DNA of 63,665 bases, counting the filler, from Rhabdomonas costata (lineage: Eukaryota): the NCBI GenBank assembly GCA_019059605.1. It is 50 parts of 50 records of this genome, joined end to end, with 100 filler letters (N's around TTAATTAATTAA, not from the genome) between each part and the next. Parts side by side here need not be neighbours in the genome. Positions count along the whole stretch, not along the records: positions 59,951 to 61,125 come from JAHMHO010024985.1; positions 61,226 to 62,400 come from JAHMHO010024986.1; positions 62,501 to 63,665 come from JAHMHO010024987.1; 47 more parts are not named here. One strand, 5' to 3'. Made by a program: the position numbers and the translations under genes. Under the pieces are notes generated by a model that did no database searches, was not told the origin of the DNA, and worked only from the letters and a program-made list of their open reading frames with translations. Position 1 is the stretch's first letter. Each line of letters opens with the position of its first letter. This document shows positions 60,841 through 63,665 of the stretch, in pieces.

Positions 60841-61228
60841 GTCCGCCAACTCTCCCTTTCCGACACATCCACTCAGTCGAAAGGCAAACCAAACGAGGAA
60901 GAAAAGTAGTGAGAGCATGCTCTGATGGAAGGATTGCCGTGGGGAAGGGTTGCGGCGCATCTCCAACCTTCACTGTGCGAAGGTACTGCTTCTTGTGCAT
61001 TTGCTCAAGAACGTGGCCACACACACAGACGCTGACACACACACACACAGTCACTCAAATGCGTGAGTCTCACATATATTTTCGCTCACGGCCGCACATC
61101 CTTTTTTCTGCAGCAACAAACAAACNNNNNNNNNNNNNNNNNNNNNNNNNNNNNNNNNNNNNNNNNNNNTTAATTAATTAANNNNNNNNNNNNNNNNNNN
61201 NNNNNNNNNNNNNNNNNNNNNNNNNTTT

Positions 61229-61358
61229 TGGTTTCCTTTTGCACCTCATTTACACTCAGACCTTTTGGTCACTTGACATTACCGGCAAATTTTAAAACAA
61301 GCCGGTAATGTCAAGTGACCAAAAGGTCTGAGTGTAAATGAGGTGCAAAAGGAAACCA
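61229..61358. repeat. Fold-back inverted repeat at contig start (58-bp arms, 14-nt loop)
   Basis: 61229-61286 is the reverse complement of 61301-61358. Confidence 0.9.
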
Positions 61359-62861
61359 TAAGCAGGACAAAAGCACGAAAAATCAAGAAGTATTGTGCAT
61401 GGAAAAGGACCGCAGCAATTTTCAATGGTGAATAGCCAGAAATGGCCATTTGAAAAATGGCATTTTGTTAGAGGAAAACGGTGGTGAAGGTATGTGCTGT
61501 TGTGAGCATTTTCGTGGTAAAATTGGCAAGGTGGAATGGCTCTGACATGATTGGTACCGTTACGACCACACCCACTAGGGGCAAAGGAGCCCCGGAAAAA
61601 TTTAATCTTCGACCAATGTCATAAACCGGGTGTATTGTGGTGGCCAAAAGAATACATTAGTTGAGGAAAGGGTTAAAATGGCATAACAAGTCCAGCAAAA
61701 AGTGGTGCAGTGTATATTTGTGTGCTCGTGTGTGTTCTGGTCTTCTTGAGCAGCGGAAGCATCAGGATGGCTGTCACGGCACCAAGGGCTGAATGGCGTG
61801 AGGTGGTACAGGAGCTGTTGCTTTGCGGCAGATTTGTGGCGGGCTAAATGCAATTTGGCCAAAATGGCATGATGTACAGACAAAAGTGTATTGATCAGCT
61901 ACACACAAAATTGGTTTGATGTAATTTGCTATGATAAAGAATTGGGTTTTTTAAAACTTTGAGAAATTTGTTGTAGGTTGTGTTCTATTCAATTTAAATC
62001 TGAAATTGTAATTTAATTTATTACAATGGGCGATTTTGTTATTTAAGAGAATCCAACTCACAAATGCAATAGCCAATTAGACGCATCTCTTAGCGATTAA
62101 GTTACCATGCGGCTGACATTTACAAATCTTTGCCACCTACACAGCCTCATATAAAGTCTACTTCAAAGAGAAAACGTGCACACTTGGAAGCTAAAATATC
62201 CAGCAATAAGCAATGCAATAAAAGTCGAAAAGCACATAACATATATTTGTGAAAACAGAAAATAAATACTCAAACAGCATGATTTTAGAAAATTTAACAT
62301 ACAGCTTAGAACTAAACTGCAGAGCTAAGCATTAAGACAAAATAAAATGCTCCTCTATACAAAATATTTGTTGTTGTTGATAGCAAAAAGCCAACCCCAC
62401 NNNNNNNNNNNNNNNNNNNNNNNNNNNNNNNNNNNNNNNNNNNNTTAATTAATTAANNNNNNNNNNNNNNNNNNNNNNNNNNNNNNNNNNNNNNNNNNNN
62501 TTGCGCACATTGGCATGCCCATACCATTTGCATCTAAAAGTAGTCAAGCAGACATAGTCTTTTCGTATGCAAAGGTGCCAAGTAAAAGTGGCCTCAGCAC
62601 TCTGACAGCAAATCGGGGTATACCACAGACAGATATCCAAGTTTCCAGATTCGGAAAAGTACAACATAATAGAGCACAGATAGACACTAACCCGCCCACC
62701 CACACACGCTTAAACAAGACGGCCGAAAATATGATTGCACGCACAACTTTTTTCAACTTATTTTTCAACTTGGCAAAGACGACTATAATCACACACACAC
62801 ACACACTTCGCGCACTAGAAAACAATAAATCTCACCCGCATACATCCACACACACACACAC

Positions 62862-63420
62862 TTTCTTTTCTGTACAGTCTCGCAAAGAGTCTTGCGCTTG
62901 AGAACGTAGAAGTGCTGCTTCGCCGAGGCTTCCTCCAGAGTGCGCAGGTAGCTGCACGTCGCACACAACCCATAGCAAGCGCTGGTCATGGCCATTCGAA
63001 CAAACGAAAAAAATGTCAATAACGGGCGTTTAAAGACCTATCGAACCAACCCTGCGCTGGACCTTTATCATTCGGCGTTTTGGGGGCAATTTGGTATTAA
63101 AAAACACTCGTGGATCCACCCTTGGGCAGAAAAAGTTACCACAAAAGCTACCACAAAGTTGATACAAAACCGAAGGCAGACGTCCTTGCTGTACATTGGG
63201 CCTAGACTGACTGGGAAAGGGGAATGGAAAACACAGTGAACCTAAAACAGGACAACACCACACGGGAAAGAAGGGCTCATACAAAAGCAGATCTCCGTAA
63301 GTGAAGGGGAAGCAGTAGGAGAAGAACACCACGTCTCGAGGATCTGCGAAGAAAACACCACCAATCAATCTCAACACTGCCTTACGATACACACAAGTAC
63401 AAAACGTGAGCCCGGAGCTG
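62862..63420 (-). CDS. Cytosolic carboxypeptidase (M14, Nna1/AGBL family), 3 exons
   Basis: Exons 63420-63386, 63343-63283 and 62951-62862: SGLTFCTCVYH-PRDVVFFSYCFPFTYGDLLF-YLRTLEE...LKRKTLCETVQKRK, matching LtF...D.vyfAy.yPYTY.dL..yL..l...LC.Tl. Confidence 0.85.
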
Positions 63421-63665
63421 CTGCATGTAAGAAAGTGTCAGATTAAGCACGTTGTGCGCTACAAGAGAGCACGTCGTGCACTACCAAGAGAAGCAAGCGA
63501 TGGCTCAGAAGCAAGCCCTGAGCCATCGCTTGCACACCTTGTTGTCCGGCTGGAATTCTGGCCAGGAGTCTGGTCAGGAGACTTACGGTGAGGCCGAAGA
63601 AATGCTTGCCATTCAAGGAGGGGAAGGGGCTATTTGAACATGATTTCCAGGGACTCTCAACCACC

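Larger units (their letters stand above)
1177..62500. other. 49 artificial contig-joining linkers (N44-TTAATTAATTAA-N44) separating 50 unrelated ~1.17 kb contigs
   Basis: Identical 100-bp spacers recur about every 1275 bp (1177-1276, 2453-2552, 3730-3829, 5004-5103 ... 61126-61225, 62401-62500). TTAATTAATTAA gives stops in all six frames. Confidence 0.99.

Noticed and set aside
61740..61880. PPHAIQPL resembling a pogo/DDE_1 motif
   Set aside because: Too short, lacks the catalytic Asp, and has no other supporting motifs.
1221..62456. Regularly spaced TTAATTAATTAA repeat as a CRISPR-like array or genomic repeat
   Set aside because: It is embedded in fixed N-runs and is an assembly linker.
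1..63665. Most ORF-track entries, including the long antisense ORF 32216-33067 and the ORFs 19515-20234 and 6643-7452
   Set aside because: They are shadows or alternative frames of GC3-rich exons, read through introns, or run into N linkers.
1..63665. Genome-wide stop-codon reassignment
   Set aside because: Conserved exons (squalene synthase, GH38, ELO, UCH, cyclases, IP3R) contain no in-frame stops, and QNG1 ends at TAA.
1..63665. rRNA, tRNA, spliced-leader RNA, telomeric arrays, hammerhead ribozymes
   Set aside because: No convincing motif sets were found by eye. A covariance-model search would be needed to exclude divergent copies.

Overview
This window is not a continuous locus. It is a pseudo-scaffold of 50 unrelated short contigs (about 1165-1177 bp, apparently length-sorted), joined by 49 identical 100-bp linkers (N44-TTAATTAATTAA-N44, stops in all six frames). 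No gene neighbourhood can be read across a linker, and ORFs ending in X...LIN are artefacts. The DNA is eukaryotic and intron-rich, with short GC-rich exons, very degenerate GT donors and several probable GC donors. That splice style, plus repeated Cache-HAMP-class III cyclase receptor pieces, suggests a euglenid-like protist (inference only). Hand-spliced exons give these fragments: UCHL5, QNG1, squalene synthase, ELO elongase, IP3 receptor-like channel, GH38 alpha-mannosidase, M14 cytosolic carboxypeptidase, MgtE, DUF2009, three receptor-cyclase pieces, a FixL-like PAS domain, a hemerythrin motif, tandem Sushi exons, and Kelch, ankyrin, PPR, RRM, LamG-like and PAP/OAS-type nucleotidyltransferase fragments. 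Mobile DNA includes a Merlin/IS1595 transposase end with its TIR, a Ty3/gypsy RNase H, a decayed non-LTR RT, hAT-like ends and Helentron/HINE-like repeats. I found no complete novel multi-gene system, CRISPR array, rRNA or tRNA. The best leads are a candidate structured RNA (47526-47725), a candidate euglenid-type nonconventional intron (27109-27557), frequent GC-AG introns, O2-sensor-like domains, symmetric phase 1-1 Sushi exons and the Merlin element. All family calls are motif recognition by eye, without database searches.
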